DNA of 64,000 nt from Sulfurospirillaceae bacterium (GTDB lineage Bacteria; Campylobacterota; Campylobacteria; Campylobacterales; Sulfurospirillaceae). Positions 8,120-18,490 of the stretch are shown in pieces. A program made the position numbers and the translations under genes. The DNA lies in contig JAWVXD010000009.1 in assembly GCA_033723415.1 (NCBI GenBank), forward strand, positions 1 through 64,000, in the 5' to 3' direction. The notes beneath the pieces are model-generated. The model made no database searches. It had not been told where the DNA came from and saw only the letters and a list, made by a program, of their open reading frames with translations. Every line of letters starts with the position of its first letter. Positions within the stretch are counted from its first letter, which is position 1.

Positions 8120-9265
8120 ATGGACAAGATGAATGTATTGATTGCCATCGATTCTTTTAAAGGCTCACTTAGCACAAATGAAGCCTCTGACGCGATAGCA
8201 GAGGGCATTGGCGAAGTATCCGAGCAGTTTGTCGTCAAACAGGTTCCGATCTCCGATGGAGGCGAGGGTACGTTTGAGATACTTTTACATGAACTCAAAG
8301 GCGAAGAGATCAAAGTGCGTGTCAAAGATCCTCTTTTTAATGAAATCACTGCAAAATACGGTATCTTAGAAGATGGAACCGCCATACTTGAGATGGCAAG
8401 TGCGGCAGGTCTCCCGCTGGTTGAAGACAAACTTAGAAACCCCATGAACACAACGACCTATGGAGTAGGGCAGATGATCGAAGATGCTCTACAAAAAGGC
8501 TGTCGGAAATTTATCATAGGTATCGGCGGAAGTGCGACCAATGACGGCGGCATCGGGATGTTGCGAGCACTTGGATTTCGATTTTTCGATCATCATGATA
8601 AGGAATTAAATCCGATCGGAAGATCGCTTTGTGAGATCGAAAAGATCGATACAAATGAGGTCAATCCAAAACTCAAAGCGTGTGAGTTCATCATAGCTTG
8701 TGATGTGGACAATCCTTTTTACGGTCCAAACGGCGCAGCTTTTGTATTCGGTAAACAAAAAGGGGCTAGTGAGAAAGAGATCATTGCATTAGACAAGGGT
8801 TTAGAACATTTTTCAAATGTGATTAAAAGAGACTTGGGTGTTGATGTCTCTTCTCTCAAAGGAGCCGGAGCCGCAGGAGGTTTGGGAGGAGCATTTAAGG
8901 CATTTTTAGATGCCAAGCTAGAACCAGGTACGAAGATCATCTTTGAAAAGCTGGATGTTGAAAACAAGATAAAGTGGGCGGACATCATCATCACGGGAGA
9001 GGGCAAGCTTGATTTTCAAACGGCTATGGGCAAAGCGCCTGTTGGTATCTCAAGATTGGCAAAAAAATATGACAAGATCGTCATAGCACTCTCTGGAAGT
9101 CTGACGGATGATGCCTATGCTTGTCATGATCAAGGCATCACGGCGATGTTTTCCATCATCAATATGCCTATGAGCCTGGAGCGCGCGATGGACAAAGAAA
9201 ATGCCAAGAAAAACATGAAGCACAGTGTTGCCGAGATCTTTCGACTGATAAAAGCTTTGAGATAA
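8120..9265 (+). CDS. Glycerate kinase (GarK/GlxK family)
   Basis: DSFKGSL, DGGEGT, GIGGSATNDGG, TGEGKLD. Confidence 0.95.
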   Translation: MDKMNVLIAIDSFKGSLSTNEASDAIAEGIGEVSEQFVVKQVPISDGGEGTFEILLHELKGEEIKVRVKDPLFNEITAKYGILEDGTAILEMASAAGLPLVEDKLRNPMNTTTYGVGQMIEDALQKGCRKFIIGIGGSATNDGGIGMLRALGFRFFDHHDKELNPIGRSLCEIEKIDTNEVNPKLKACEFIIACDVDNPFYGPNGAAFVFGKQKGASEKEIIALDKGLEHFSNVIKRDLGVDVSSLKGAGAAGGLGGAFKAFLDAKLEPGTKIIFEKLDVENKIKWADIIITGEGKLDFQTAMGKAPVGISRLAKKYDKIVIALSGSLTDDAYACHDQGITAMFSIINMPMSLERAMDKENAKKNMKHSVAEIFRLIKALR

Positions 9266-9267
9266 TC

Positions 9268-9945
9268 CTATTTAGCCGTAGAATTTTTTATAAAATCTTC
9301 CCAACCTTTTTCTCGAAGCACGCAAGCGGGACACTTCCCACAACCATAACCCCAGTCATGAAAGCTAACATGATCACCGTTGTAACACGTATGCGATTCG
9401 TTCACTACTATATCCAAGATACCTTCTTGTCGGGCTAGCTCAAAAGTCTCGCCTTTTGTTAGGTGCATCAGCGGATAGTGAAATTTGATATTTGCTTCAC
9501 TGCCGAGATTGAGAGCTGTCTCAAGTGCTTTGACAAACGGCTCTCTGCAATCTGGGTATCCCGAATAATCGGTCTGGTTGATGCCGGTCACGAGATTGTC
9601 GATACCTTGCTTTTGTGCAAAAGCGTGAGCAAGCGTAAAAAAGATAGCATTGCGATTTGGCACGAAAGAAGCAGGCAGGTTCTTTTTGTGTTGATGATGA
9701 GCCGAGATATCAAGATCAGAGTTTATCAAGGCAGAATCATTGAGTTCCGTGAAGGCATTGATGCTAAGAAGAGTGTTTTTTACACCCATCATAGCGGCTA
9801 TCTTATCCGCTTGTTTTATCTCGACTTTGTGTTTTTGACCGTAATCAAATGTGATCGTCTCCACGATGTCAAATCGCTCTTTTGCCCAACCAAGACATGT
9901 CGTGCTGTCTTGACCTCCACTAAATATGATCAAAGCTTTGGTCAT
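9268..9945 (-). CDS. queC: 7-cyano-7-deazaguanine synthase
   Basis: SGGQDSTT, FVPNRN, YPDCR, CGKCPAC. Confidence 0.95.
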   Translation of the reverse strand: MTKALIIFSGGQDSTTCLGWAKERFDIVETITFDYGQKHKVEIKQADKIAAMMGVKNTLLSINAFTELNDSALINSDLDISAHHQHKKNLPASFVPNRNAIFFTLAHAFAQKQGIDNLVTGINQTDYSGYPDCREPFVKALETALNLGSEANIKFHYPLMHLTKGETFELARQEGILDIVVNESHTCYNGDHVSFHDWGYGCGKCPACVLREKGWEDFIKNSTAK

Positions 9946-10523
9946 TATCTCACTCCTAAAAATTTGTGCATTTGGATACTAAGCAATAGATTTGGATGCT
10001 CTTTTGCAAGCTCGATGCAAAAGTCCAGATTGTCCATATCGGGTTTATCAAAAAAGTTCAGCGGTTGTATGTAGATCGGTTTGTCGGTTTTAAAATCCAC
10101 GATTTTTTTCGTATTGTCATCTCTTGAAACGATGAATTTGATCTCGCTCCAACCCTCAGTTTTCAGGTTATCCCAATCTTTTGGGCTGTAAGTGATCCAG
10201 TCTGCCTCTTTGACGTTTTGTAGTTTAAAGCCATTGGTCTCGATACACACGTAGTAGTCGTGTTCATGTAAAAATCTTATAAAGTCGTTGAGGTCGGTGA
10301 TAGTCGGCTCTCCGCCTGTGATGATGACTCTCTTGGCAGGGTACTTCTTGATCTCTTCATAAACTTCTTCATAAGTATAGGATTTATAATCTCCCTTATG
10401 CAGTGCGTCATCACAAAACGAACAAGACAAGTTGCACCCATGAAGCCTCACAAAGATACTAGGAACGCCACTATAGGTTCCCTCGCCCTGAATAGAATAA
10501 AATATTTCAACAACTTTTAACAC
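9945..10523 (-). CDS. queE: 7-carboxy-7-deazaguanine synthase (radical SAM)
   Basis: EIFYSIQGEG, CNLSCSFCD, TGGEP, QMHK; GTG start after AAGG. Confidence 0.92.
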   Translation of the reverse strand: MLKVVEIFYSIQGEGTYSGVPSIFVRLHGCNLSCSFCDDALHKGDYKSYTYEEVYEEIKKYPAKRVIITGGEPTITDLNDFIRFLHEHDYYVCIETNGFKLQNVKEADWITYSPKDWDNLKTEGWSEIKFIVSRDDNTKKIVDFKTDKPIYIQPLNFFDKPDMDNLDFCIELAKEHPNLLLSIQMHKFLGVR

Positions 10524-10587
10524 ATATGACCTTGTAATTGATTTGGATTCGCAATTATACCAAATTTCCCTCATCGGCTTCTTAGGA

Positions 10588-11151
10588 GTGTCATGTAAGT
10601 TTTGCTATGTTAGATTAAATTGAGAGGAAATTTTGTGGAAAAAGAAATACCATGAACAATAAGATCAATAAAAAAAGTATAATTACATTTAAAAACAATC
10701 AAGCAAGGATTTAATATGATCAAATTAGTGATGTGTGTCAGCCGTCGTTCTGAGCTGTCTCGGGAGGAGTTTCAGGATTATTGGCTAAATCATCATGGGC
10801 CTCTTTTGGAAAAATTTGCAAAAACTTACAAGGTACATCGTTATGTGCAAAGCCACACGATCAATACACCGCTTAACAAAGCCGTGCAAGATTCCAGAGG
10901 AATTTCACAAGAATATGATGGCATCGCCGAGTTGTGGTGGGAATCAGAGGTAGCGTTTATAGAGGCTATCAACTCACCTGACGGACAAAAGTTACGTACT
11001 GTATTTTTGGATGACGAAGCGAAGTTTTTGGACTTCTCAAAATCAGCAGCATTTTTTACGAAAGAGTATGTCGTAGTAGCATAACAAAGATAGGAATTTT
11101 GCCATCAATTTGTTTCACTGTTTGAAGTTTTAAGTGTGTCATGTAAGTTTT
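10588..11151 (+). repeat. 16-bp direct repeat GTGTCATGTAAGTTTT flanking the EthD gene
   Basis: Exact copies at 10588-10603 and 11136-11151. Confidence 0.85.
10716..11084 (+). CDS. EthD-domain protein
   Basis: SREEFQDYWLNHHGPL, YDGIAELWW, DEAKFLD. Confidence 0.85.
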   Translation: MIKLVMCVSRRSELSREEFQDYWLNHHGPLLEKFAKTYKVHRYVQSHTINTPLNKAVQDSRGISQEYDGIAELWWESEVAFIEAINSPDGQKLRTVFLDDEAKFLDFSKSAAFFTKEYVVVA

Positions 11152-11258
11152 CTGATAGCACTCAGATTCAGCAAAAAATTAAGAGTTAGTAAGCACAAGT
11201 AAATCTATGTTTTGCTAAAATTGGCGCTATAAAATTAGTCAATATAAAGGTATGAATA

Positions 11259-12362
11259 ATGAATTTAGCGGATAAAGTATTAGCGGTCAATAATGACCTC
11301 CCGATTCGTACTGATTTACCGGTACATAGTGGTAAGGTTCGCTCTGTCTATTGGTTGAGTGATAGCGATAGTCGACGTCTCATAAAAGAAAAATCTTATA
11401 ATGTACCGATCGATACGCCTTTAGCGATCATGGTTATTAGTGATCGTATATCTGCCTTTGAGTGTGTTTGGAAGGGAGAGGGAGATATGAGGGGAGTACC
11501 TGGTAAAGGTGCCGCTCTCAATGCCATCTCAAATCATTGGTTTAAGCTATTTAAAGAGAAAGGACTTGCGGATAGTCATATACTTGATATCCCGCATCCA
11601 TTTGTCTGGATAGTACAAAAAGCAAATCCTGTGATGATCGAAGCAATATGTCGTCAGTATATTACCGGTTCCATGTGGCGCGCATACGAAAAAGGCGAAC
11701 GCGAGTTTTGCGGTATTAAACTTGCAGACGGTCTGTCTAAAGACTCTAAATTACCTGAGTTACTACAAACGCCTTCTACCAAGGGAATCTTGAAGGGCAT
11801 CCCCGGTGTGCCTGAAGTAGATGATGTCAATATCACACGTAAAAATATCGAAGATAATTATGAAGCTTTCAATTTTAAATCATTAGAGGATATAACACTT
11901 TATGAAAAGCTATTGACAGAGGGCTTTGATGTGATCTCCAATGAGCTGGCGAAAATCGATCAAATTTTTGTCGATACCAAGTTTGAGTTTGGTTATGTTA
12001 AAGATGCTCAAGGCAACGATAAGCTCATCTATATGGATGAGGTGGGAACTCCTGATTCTTCACGTATTTGGGATGCCAAAGAATACGCAAAAGGTCATGT
12101 TGTCGAAAACTCTAAAGAGGGATTTCGTCAGTTATTGTTAAACCATTTTCCTGACCCGGATATTTTATTAAATAAATCACGCATGAGCGAGCGTGAAGCA
12201 CTGGCACGTGATAATTTTCTACCGACAGAAATGTTGATGAGTGTTTCAAAGACTTATACAGACATAGCTGAGAAAATCACCGGTGAAAAAATAGTACTTT
12301 CCGATAATCCAAAAGCAGAAGTTATTTCTATTTTACGTGATCAATATAAGCTGATTGATTAA
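11259..12362 (+). CDS. purC: SAICAR synthetase, long Vibrio-type
   Basis: [35 protein letters not shown]. Confidence 0.93.
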   Translation: MNLADKVLAVNNDLPIRTDLPVHSGKVRSVYWLSDSDSRRLIKEKSYNVPIDTPLAIMVISDRISAFECVWKGEGDMRGVPGKGAALNAISNHWFKLFKEKGLADSHILDIPHPFVWIVQKANPVMIEAICRQYITGSMWRAYEKGEREFCGIKLADGLSKDSKLPELLQTPSTKGILKGIPGVPEVDDVNITRKNIEDNYEAFNFKSLEDITLYEKLLTEGFDVISNELAKIDQIFVDTKFEFGYVKDAQGNDKLIYMDEVGTPDSSRIWDAKEYAKGHVVENSKEGFRQLLLNHFPDPDILLNKSRMSEREALARDNFLPTEMLMSVSKTYTDIAEKITGEKIVLSDNPKAEVISILRDQYKLID

Positions 12363-12368
12363 AATTCG

Positions 12369-12410
12369 TATAGGTTGAAGAATAAGGTGCAAACCTATTC
12401 TTCAACTATA
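12369..12410. terminator. Hairpin between convergent genes
   Basis: GTTGAAGAATA...TATTCTTCAAC. Confidence 0.6.
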
Positions 12411-12686
12411 TTGATCTGATACTTCTTCCACTTCATCCTCATGTCCGGTTGTTGCCAATCTGATCTCACGAACAACTCTAATGGTCGGTTTGAAGGCAAA
12501 GAGCAATGATCCGATAATAAAAAACCATTTTGCACTATACGTTAAGTCTGCATAGAGAAACATCACCGATCCTACGGTAAATGCCATAGCAGCCATAAAA
12601 TCAACGGCAGTGTAAAGGATCTCAAATACAGCATATGCTTTTCTTTTATTGACCTTAACCCCATGTAGCGATCCATCAAATAACAT
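12402..12686 (-). CDS. YrhK-family membrane protein
   Basis: DFMAA..F.VGSVMF, WFFIIGS..FAFKPTIRVVRE. Confidence 0.75.
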   Translation of the reverse strand: MLFDGSLHGVKVNKRKAYAVFEILYTAVDFMAAMAFTVGSVMFLYADLTYSAKWFFIIGSLLFAFKPTIRVVREIRLATTGHEDEVEEVSDQYS

Positions 12687-12700
12687 TCAATTCTCCCCTC

Positions 12701-13771
12701 TTAAGCCAGTGGTTCTTGCGTGTAAGCAACATTTGCCTCTTCGGATGTATGCCTTTTTAGTTTTTTATTTGCTCGTACGTCTTCAACCCAATTTGGGTTA
12801 AGAAGCAACGATTTTGCACTGAGTACGATATCTGCATCCTCTAGTGCTTCTTCGGCACCGGCGCGATCATAGATGCTTCCACATATCATGATAGGCAGAT
12901 CGGTCATCGCTCTTGTGAGTTGTGCCATATTTTTATCGGTGCCAAAAGCTTTTTGGTCATATTCATAAGTAGAAACAGAGATAGCATCTATCGGCTCTTT
13001 TGATAAGTCTTTTATGATTTTTTGGTATTCGTCTTTTGAACCAAAAAGAGAAACTTCCATATCAGCAATACCCCAATTAGAAATCCTAAATATCAATAAA
13101 CGATCATCGGGGATAACTTTGCTCACGGCTTGGATAACCTCATGTGCAAAACGATATCGGTTTTCTTCAGTACCTCCATACTTATCATTGCGTTGGTTAG
13201 AATAAAATGATAAAAACTGACTGATGAGATATCCATGGGCACCGTGAATTTCAACACCGTCAAAACCAGCCTCTATCGCTCCTTTGGCAGTTTCTACAAA
13301 TCCGTTGATGACATGATCAATATCAAATTGACTCATGGCATCAGGCACCGGATATGCTGATCCAGTCAGCGGATTATCGCTTTGTGGCGCGATAGGACTC
13401 GGTGCGATACTGCGATTTGCAGGATTCACTTCCGGCCAAGCCATTCGTCCACAGTGAAACATCTGCATGATAGCGATAGAACCTTCTTTGTGGATCGCTT
13501 CAACTACGGTTTTCCAAGCATCTATTTGTGGCTGAGTGAGTATTCGCGCCTGACCCGGATAGCCTTGGGAACTTTCATAATCAGTAACAATTGCTTCTGT
13601 ATAGATGATAGATACTCCACTTTTGGCACGATGTATCAGCAAATCGAGTACATCTTCTCTCGGTATACTGTTCTCCGATGCAGACATCCGTGTCATGGGT
13701 GCTAGCCCAATACGATTTTTAAGGGTGAAATCCTTTATTTTCAAAGGAGTAAAAAGTTTATTGTTTTTCAT
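12701..13771 (-). CDS. NADH:flavin oxidoreductase (Old Yellow Enzyme family)
   Basis: NRIGLAPMTR, AGFDGVEIHGAHGYLISQF. Confidence 0.93.
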   Translation of the reverse strand: MKNNKLFTPLKIKDFTLKNRIGLAPMTRMSASENSIPREDVLDLLIHRAKSGVSIIYTEAIVTDYESSQGYPGQARILTQPQIDAWKTVVEAIHKEGSIAIMQMFHCGRMAWPEVNPANRSIAPSPIAPQSDNPLTGSAYPVPDAMSQFDIDHVINGFVETAKGAIEAGFDGVEIHGAHGYLISQFLSFYSNQRNDKYGGTEENRYRFAHEVIQAVSKVIPDDRLLIFRISNWGIADMEVSLFGSKDEYQKIIKDLSKEPIDAISVSTYEYDQKAFGTDKNMAQLTRAMTDLPIMICGSIYDRAGAEEALEDADIVLSAKSLLLNPNWVEDVRANKKLKRHTSEEANVAYTQEPLA

Positions 13772-13950
13772 AGTATGTGTTCCTTTCTTTTTGTGGATTA
13801 TAGTTGATTATATTCCTTTAACCTTAAAATGATTGCAGTATGACTTGTATTTTATTGCATTTTAAGATATCTTTTAAGTGATTCAATCAAATCATAATTC
13901 AAAGTTTGTTTAATTTTATTTAATTATACTAATGTCAAAAAGAGGTGATC

Positions 13951-14997
13951 ATGAACAAACCAAAAACCATGAATGCAGTACTTTTACGGGGATACGGCGA
14001 TTATGAACAATTAGAGTATGCGACCGATGTGTCAATACCGGAACCAAAAGAGTATGAAGTATTAGTTGAGGTTAAAGCAGCCGGTGTTAACAATACGGAT
14101 ATCAATACTCGTATCGGATGGTATGCGAAAGATGCTAGTAATGACGCTACTTCTTCATGGACGGGAGAGAGCTTTAAATTTCCGCGTATTCAAGGAGCGG
14201 ATGTTTGTGGGTATATCGTGAAAGTCGGCAAAGATGTTGATCCTGAACGTGTCGGAGAAAGAGTTTTGATCGAGCCTTGTCTTCAAAAAGTCAATGGAGT
14301 GCAACTTGAAAGCCCATGGTATTTTGGTTCTGAGTGTGATGGAAGTTTTGCTGATTATACCGTTGTGTCTTGTGAGCATGCGTACAAAATAGAGAGTTCA
14401 TATACAGATATCGAACTTGCATCATTTCCTTGTTCTTACTCAACTGCAGAAAATCTACTGACACGCTCACAGGTAAACCAAGAGGATATTGTTTTGATCT
14501 CAGGAGCCTCCGGTGGAGTGGGATCAGCTGCAATCCAATTGGCAAAAGCAAGGGGTGCTAGGGTTATAGCGATCACAAGTCCTTCGAAATTTGATGCCGT
14601 AAAATCCTTAGGCGCATCACAAGTGATAGCTAGAGAAGAAAATATCGTGGAGATTTTAGGCAAAAATAGTGTCACTGTTGTGATTGATCTGGTCGCCGGA
14701 AAAACATGGGGCAGATTCTTGGAAGTTTTAAAACCAAAAGGAAGATATGCTACTTCCGGTGCGATTGGTGGGGCTATGGTTGAGCTTGATATCAGAACAC
14801 TTTATTTAAAAGATCTTAGTTTCTTTGGATGTACCGTGCTTGGAGAAGAAGTTTTTCCAAATCTTATCAAAATGATCGAACATAAAAAGATCAAGCCTTT
14901 AGTGGCACAAACTTTTTATTTAAAAGATATAGTGGAGGCACAAAAAGAATTTTTAACCAAAAAGCATATTGGGAAAATCGTGTTAAAAGTGCAGTAG
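13951..14997 (+). CDS. Zn-type alcohol dehydrogenase/quinone reductase (MDR)
   Basis: GVNNTD, FPRIQGAD, GASGGVG, GKIVL. Confidence 0.9.
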   Translation: MNKPKTMNAVLLRGYGDYEQLEYATDVSIPEPKEYEVLVEVKAAGVNNTDINTRIGWYAKDASNDATSSWTGESFKFPRIQGADVCGYIVKVGKDVDPERVGERVLIEPCLQKVNGVQLESPWYFGSECDGSFADYTVVSCEHAYKIESSYTDIELASFPCSYSTAENLLTRSQVNQEDIVLISGASGGVGSAAIQLAKARGARVIAITSPSKFDAVKSLGASQVIAREENIVEILGKNSVTVVIDLVAGKTWGRFLEVLKPKGRYATSGAIGGAMVELDIRTLYLKDLSFFGCTVLGEEVFPNLIKMIEHKKIKPLVAQTFYLKDIVEAQKEFLTKKHIGKIVLKVQ

Positions 14998-15111
14998 AGT
15001 GCTTTATTTTTTACACTCAATTTTAAAAGTCAATATCGTACAATACTTAATCGTCAAAATAAGGTACCATGTTGATAATAAATAGCAAAAATTTTATCAA
15101 AGGTACTTTTT

Positions 15112-16059
15112 ATGAAACCTATCGTTCCGCTTATCCACAGTAACAGTGGTAAAAATGCTTCAAGATGGCTAGATACACTTCGATCTGCAATACCATTTGC
15201 AAATATATGTGAGATAAAAGATCTCTCAGAAGATGAACTAAGCCAAGTAGAAGTAGCGATCGTAGCAAACCCTAATCCAGAAGATCTTCTAGCCTTGCCA
15301 AACCTAAAATGGGTTCAAAGTTTATGGGCAGGAGTTGAGCGATTACTGGCTGAATTGCCAAATGATGATGTTGCTATCGTGCGTTTGATTGATCCACAAC
15401 TTGCAGAGACGATGGCAGAAGCTGTGCTGACTTGGACACTTTACCTACATCGCGATATGCCAGAGTACATACAACAGCAAGCTAAAAAAGAGTGGATACG
15501 ACATGATTTGGTAAGGGCAAGTGATCGAACCGTGGGGATTTTGGGTCTGGGACATCTGGGTTTGAGGGCAGCAAAACGCTTACATGACAACGGTTTTAAT
15601 GTCATAGGCTGGAAGCGCAGTAAAAATCTCACAGATTCAGGTATCGAAACTCTAATAGGCGAAGAGGGCTTATCAGAGATAGCCTCGCGCTCAGATATCA
15701 TAGTGGTTCTTTTGCCTTTGACTCCTCAAACGCGTGGATTGTTGGATCGGCATTTTTTCAGTGCTCTCAAAGCAGGCGCTTCGCTGATGAACTTTGCCCG
15801 AGCGGCGATCGTTGATGAGAAAGCCTTGCTTGAAGCCTTAAATACACGCAAACTCAAACACGCTATCTTAGATGTTTTTTTGCAAGAACCGTTACCAAAG
15901 AGTGATCCGCTTTGGATGAACCCAAATGTGACGATCTTACCGCATATTTCAGGAGAAACAGATAAACAGAGCGCTTCACAAGTCGCAGCCAAAAATCTGA
16001 AAGCATATTTTGACTCGGGTGAAATCCCTAGAAGCGTATCTAGGGAAACGGGATATTGA
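15112..16059 (+). CDS. D-2-hydroxyacid dehydrogenase (GhrA-like)
   Basis: GILGLGHLG, LLPLT, NFAR, LDVF..EP, PHIS. Confidence 0.9.
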   Translation: MKPIVPLIHSNSGKNASRWLDTLRSAIPFANICEIKDLSEDELSQVEVAIVANPNPEDLLALPNLKWVQSLWAGVERLLAELPNDDVAIVRLIDPQLAETMAEAVLTWTLYLHRDMPEYIQQQAKKEWIRHDLVRASDRTVGILGLGHLGLRAAKRLHDNGFNVIGWKRSKNLTDSGIETLIGEEGLSEIASRSDIIVVLLPLTPQTRGLLDRHFFSALKAGASLMNFARAAIVDEKALLEALNTRKLKHAILDVFLQEPLPKSDPLWMNPNVTILPHISGETDKQSASQVAAKNLKAYFDSGEIPRSVSRETGY

Positions 16060-16098
16060 ATTTTGTGATTTAAAAAGATAAAAAACAAGGATGGTATT

Positions 16099-17310
16099 AT
16101 GACACTAAATGAAAAATTTAAAGCCATTGGGGCTGAAAATGCTCCTGGACAGGAGCTTCGTCAAAAGATTGATGATCTAGATACTATTATGCGCGGTGAA
16201 AAGTTGGAAGGCATTCCTGTTGATTTTTCTCATGGTGATGTAGATGCTTTTCCTCCGACACCTGGCTCTGCGGAAATGTGGATGAAAGGTTACGAAATGG
16301 GAGCAGAACAAGCATATACCCAATATCGTGGCTCTGAAACGATCCTTCAAGGATTGGCATATCGTTTGAGTGCGTTTACAGGGCGTGAAATATCAGCTGA
16401 TGTCGAGTTGATCATCACACCTGGTACGCAAGGCGCATTGTTTTTGGCATTGGGCGCAACGGTTGGACAAGATACAAAAGTTGCCATCATCGAGCCGGAT
16501 TATTTTGCAAACCGAAAGATCGTCAAGTTTTTAGGAGGTATAGGCGTACCGATTCCCCTTACTTACAAAGATATCCCCTCCAAAAACGGTCCCGATCTGG
16601 AGCGACTTGAAGCAGCATTTAAAAACGGTACGAAAGTCTTAGTTTTTTCAACTCCAAATAATCCAACAGGAGTCATCTATACCAAAGATACCATCAACAA
16701 GATCGCAATGCTTGCCAAGATTTACAATGTGACAGTGATCGTAGATCAGCTTTATTCTAGATTGCTTTACAGCGGTGAGAGCTATACGCATCTTCGTTCT
16801 TGTGAAATTGTGCCTGATAATATCATCACGATCATGGGACCGTCAAAAACCGAATCTCTCAGTGGTTTCCGTCTTGGCGTAGCCTTTGGTAGTTCGGAAC
16901 TTATCGAGCGTATGGAGAGACTGCAAGCGATAGTGTCACTGCGAGCTTCAGGGTATAATCAAGCGGTTTTAAGAGGTTGGTTGCAAGAGCCATCAGGTTG
17001 GCTAGAGGAACGTATCATAGATCATGAAACGATTAGAGATGATTTACTGGATGTTTTTAGATCTGCAGGTATATTTACGACTACGCCACAGGCTGGAAGT
17101 TATCTTTTTCCTCAGTTACCGCCCTTGGATATCAGCGTTGAACTCTTTGTTAGATTGCTGCGACATCAAGCGGGTGTGACAGTGACTCCAGGTTCAGAGT
17201 TTGGAGACAATACAAATGAAAGCGTACGTCTAAATTTTTCTCAAGATCATGCTGCAGCGGTTGCTGCTGCAAAGAGAATAGTCACTATGGTGGAAAGGTA
17301 CAAAAGATGA
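16099..17310 (+). CDS. PLP-dependent aminotransferase class I/II
   Basis: PNNPTG, DQLY, SKTESLSGFRLG, RLNF. Confidence 0.88.
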   Translation: MTLNEKFKAIGAENAPGQELRQKIDDLDTIMRGEKLEGIPVDFSHGDVDAFPPTPGSAEMWMKGYEMGAEQAYTQYRGSETILQGLAYRLSAFTGREISADVELIITPGTQGALFLALGATVGQDTKVAIIEPDYFANRKIVKFLGGIGVPIPLTYKDIPSKNGPDLERLEAAFKNGTKVLVFSTPNNPTGVIYTKDTINKIAMLAKIYNVTVIVDQLYSRLLYSGESYTHLRSCEIVPDNIITIMGPSKTESLSGFRLGVAFGSSELIERMERLQAIVSLRASGYNQAVLRGWLQEPSGWLEERIIDHETIRDDLLDVFRSAGIFTTTPQAGSYLFPQLPPLDISVELFVRLLRHQAGVTVTPGSEFGDNTNESVRLNFSQDHAAAVAAAKRIVTMVERYKR

Positions 17311-17729
17311 ATCAGCCTATACCTCAAGGTAAATATCAGCCTGCAATTCGTCATCAAGATATCGTCTATACTTCAGGAATGACCTCCCGAGTACAAGGGG
17401 TGTTGATGTATACAGGAAAGATCCAAATCTCAAAGCCGATCGAAACATATTTTCAAGCTGTGAGATTGGCAGCTAAAAATGCTCTATTGGCGGCACAGGC
17501 TGTTTTACATGAATATGAGAAAATCTCTATGATCCTTCAATTGAGCGTTTATCTCAATGCGGAACAAGGATTCAATGAACACTCAAAGATCGCAGATTTT
17601 GCTTCGGCTTTTTTGATGGAAGAATTGGGGATTTCTATTGTCGGAAGTCGTATTGCTATAGGTGTGGCAACATTGCCATCCAATGCACCTGTAGAAATAT
17701 CATTAGTTGCTTCAATATCACGATCTTAG
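17307..17729 (+). CDS. Rid (YjgF/RidA) family protein
   Basis: PQGKY, YTSG, SRIAIGVATLP..APVE. Confidence 0.85.
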   Translation: MNQPIPQGKYQPAIRHQDIVYTSGMTSRVQGVLMYTGKIQISKPIETYFQAVRLAAKNALLAAQAVLHEYEKISMILQLSVYLNAEQGFNEHSKIADFASAFLMEELGISIVGSRIAIGVATLPSNAPVEISLVASISRS

Positions 17730-17748
17730 GAGAGATTTGAAGTAGTGG

Positions 17749-18468
17749 TTATCTCACTCTTTTCATATGTTTGTATTCATTTGGAGTGATCGAAAAGATG
17801 GATTTGAAAGCTTTATAGAAGTGTGACTGATCGAAGAATCCAAGCTCAAGTGCTATTTGTGTGATCTCTTTGCCTTCATCAAGAAGCTTTTTTGAAAGAT
17901 GCACTCTTTTGTTGAAGATATAGCGTGTAGGGGATAAGCCATACTTTTTTTTGAAGCCTCTTGAGAGATAGCTGCTGTTGAGATTTGTTTTTTGAGCCAG
18001 TTCATCAAGAGAGAGGATATTGTTTAAATTTGAATCTATGTACTTTTTGATAGTTTCAAAATTTTTATTTAAAAAAGAACTCTCTTGATTTGTTTGATAT
18101 TCTTGTAAAAATTTGTCTATAAAGTGACTTTGTTCACCTTCCAAGACCTGATCACAAAAAGAAAAAAACTTCTTATATGTAGATGGGTCTTTTATAATCT
18201 TTGGATATAAAAGCACGTCTTTATGGATGTGTAGTATATGGTATCTTGTTATGTCTTTATGATTTTTTAGAAAATGAGGTTGATTTGTGTTGAAGACTAT
18301 GATCTCTCCGGAAGTGAGCCATAAATCTTCACCGTCATGAAAAAATAGCATCTTGCCTTGTTTGATGGCACAGATACATATATTTTCATGAGTGTGAAGT
18401 TTGTAGTTTGTCGAAACAGTATCTAGTATATTTAATTCAAATAATTCTGTTTTTATTGACTTGATCAC
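17749..18468 (-). CDS. AraC-family regulator with cupin domain
   Basis: HTH dyad in cupin; LELGFFDQSHFYKAFK. Confidence 0.9.
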   Translation of the reverse strand: MIKSIKTELFELNILDTVSTNYKLHTHENICICAIKQGKMLFFHDGEDLWLTSGEIIVFNTNQPHFLKNHKDITRYHILHIHKDVLLYPKIIKDPSTYKKFFSFCDQVLEGEQSHFIDKFLQEYQTNQESSFLNKNFETIKKYIDSNLNNILSLDELAQKTNLNSSYLSRGFKKKYGLSPTRYIFNKRVHLSKKLLDEGKEITQIALELGFFDQSHFYKAFKSIFSITPNEYKHMKRVR

Positions 18469-18490
18469 TACAATCCCTTATTTTTTTAAA

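Noticed and set aside
9268..10523. 7-deazaguanine DNA-modification (dpd) system or preQ1 riboswitch
   Set aside because: No dpdA/tgt-like gene nearby and no recognisable preQ1 aptamer; ordinary queuosine genes suffice
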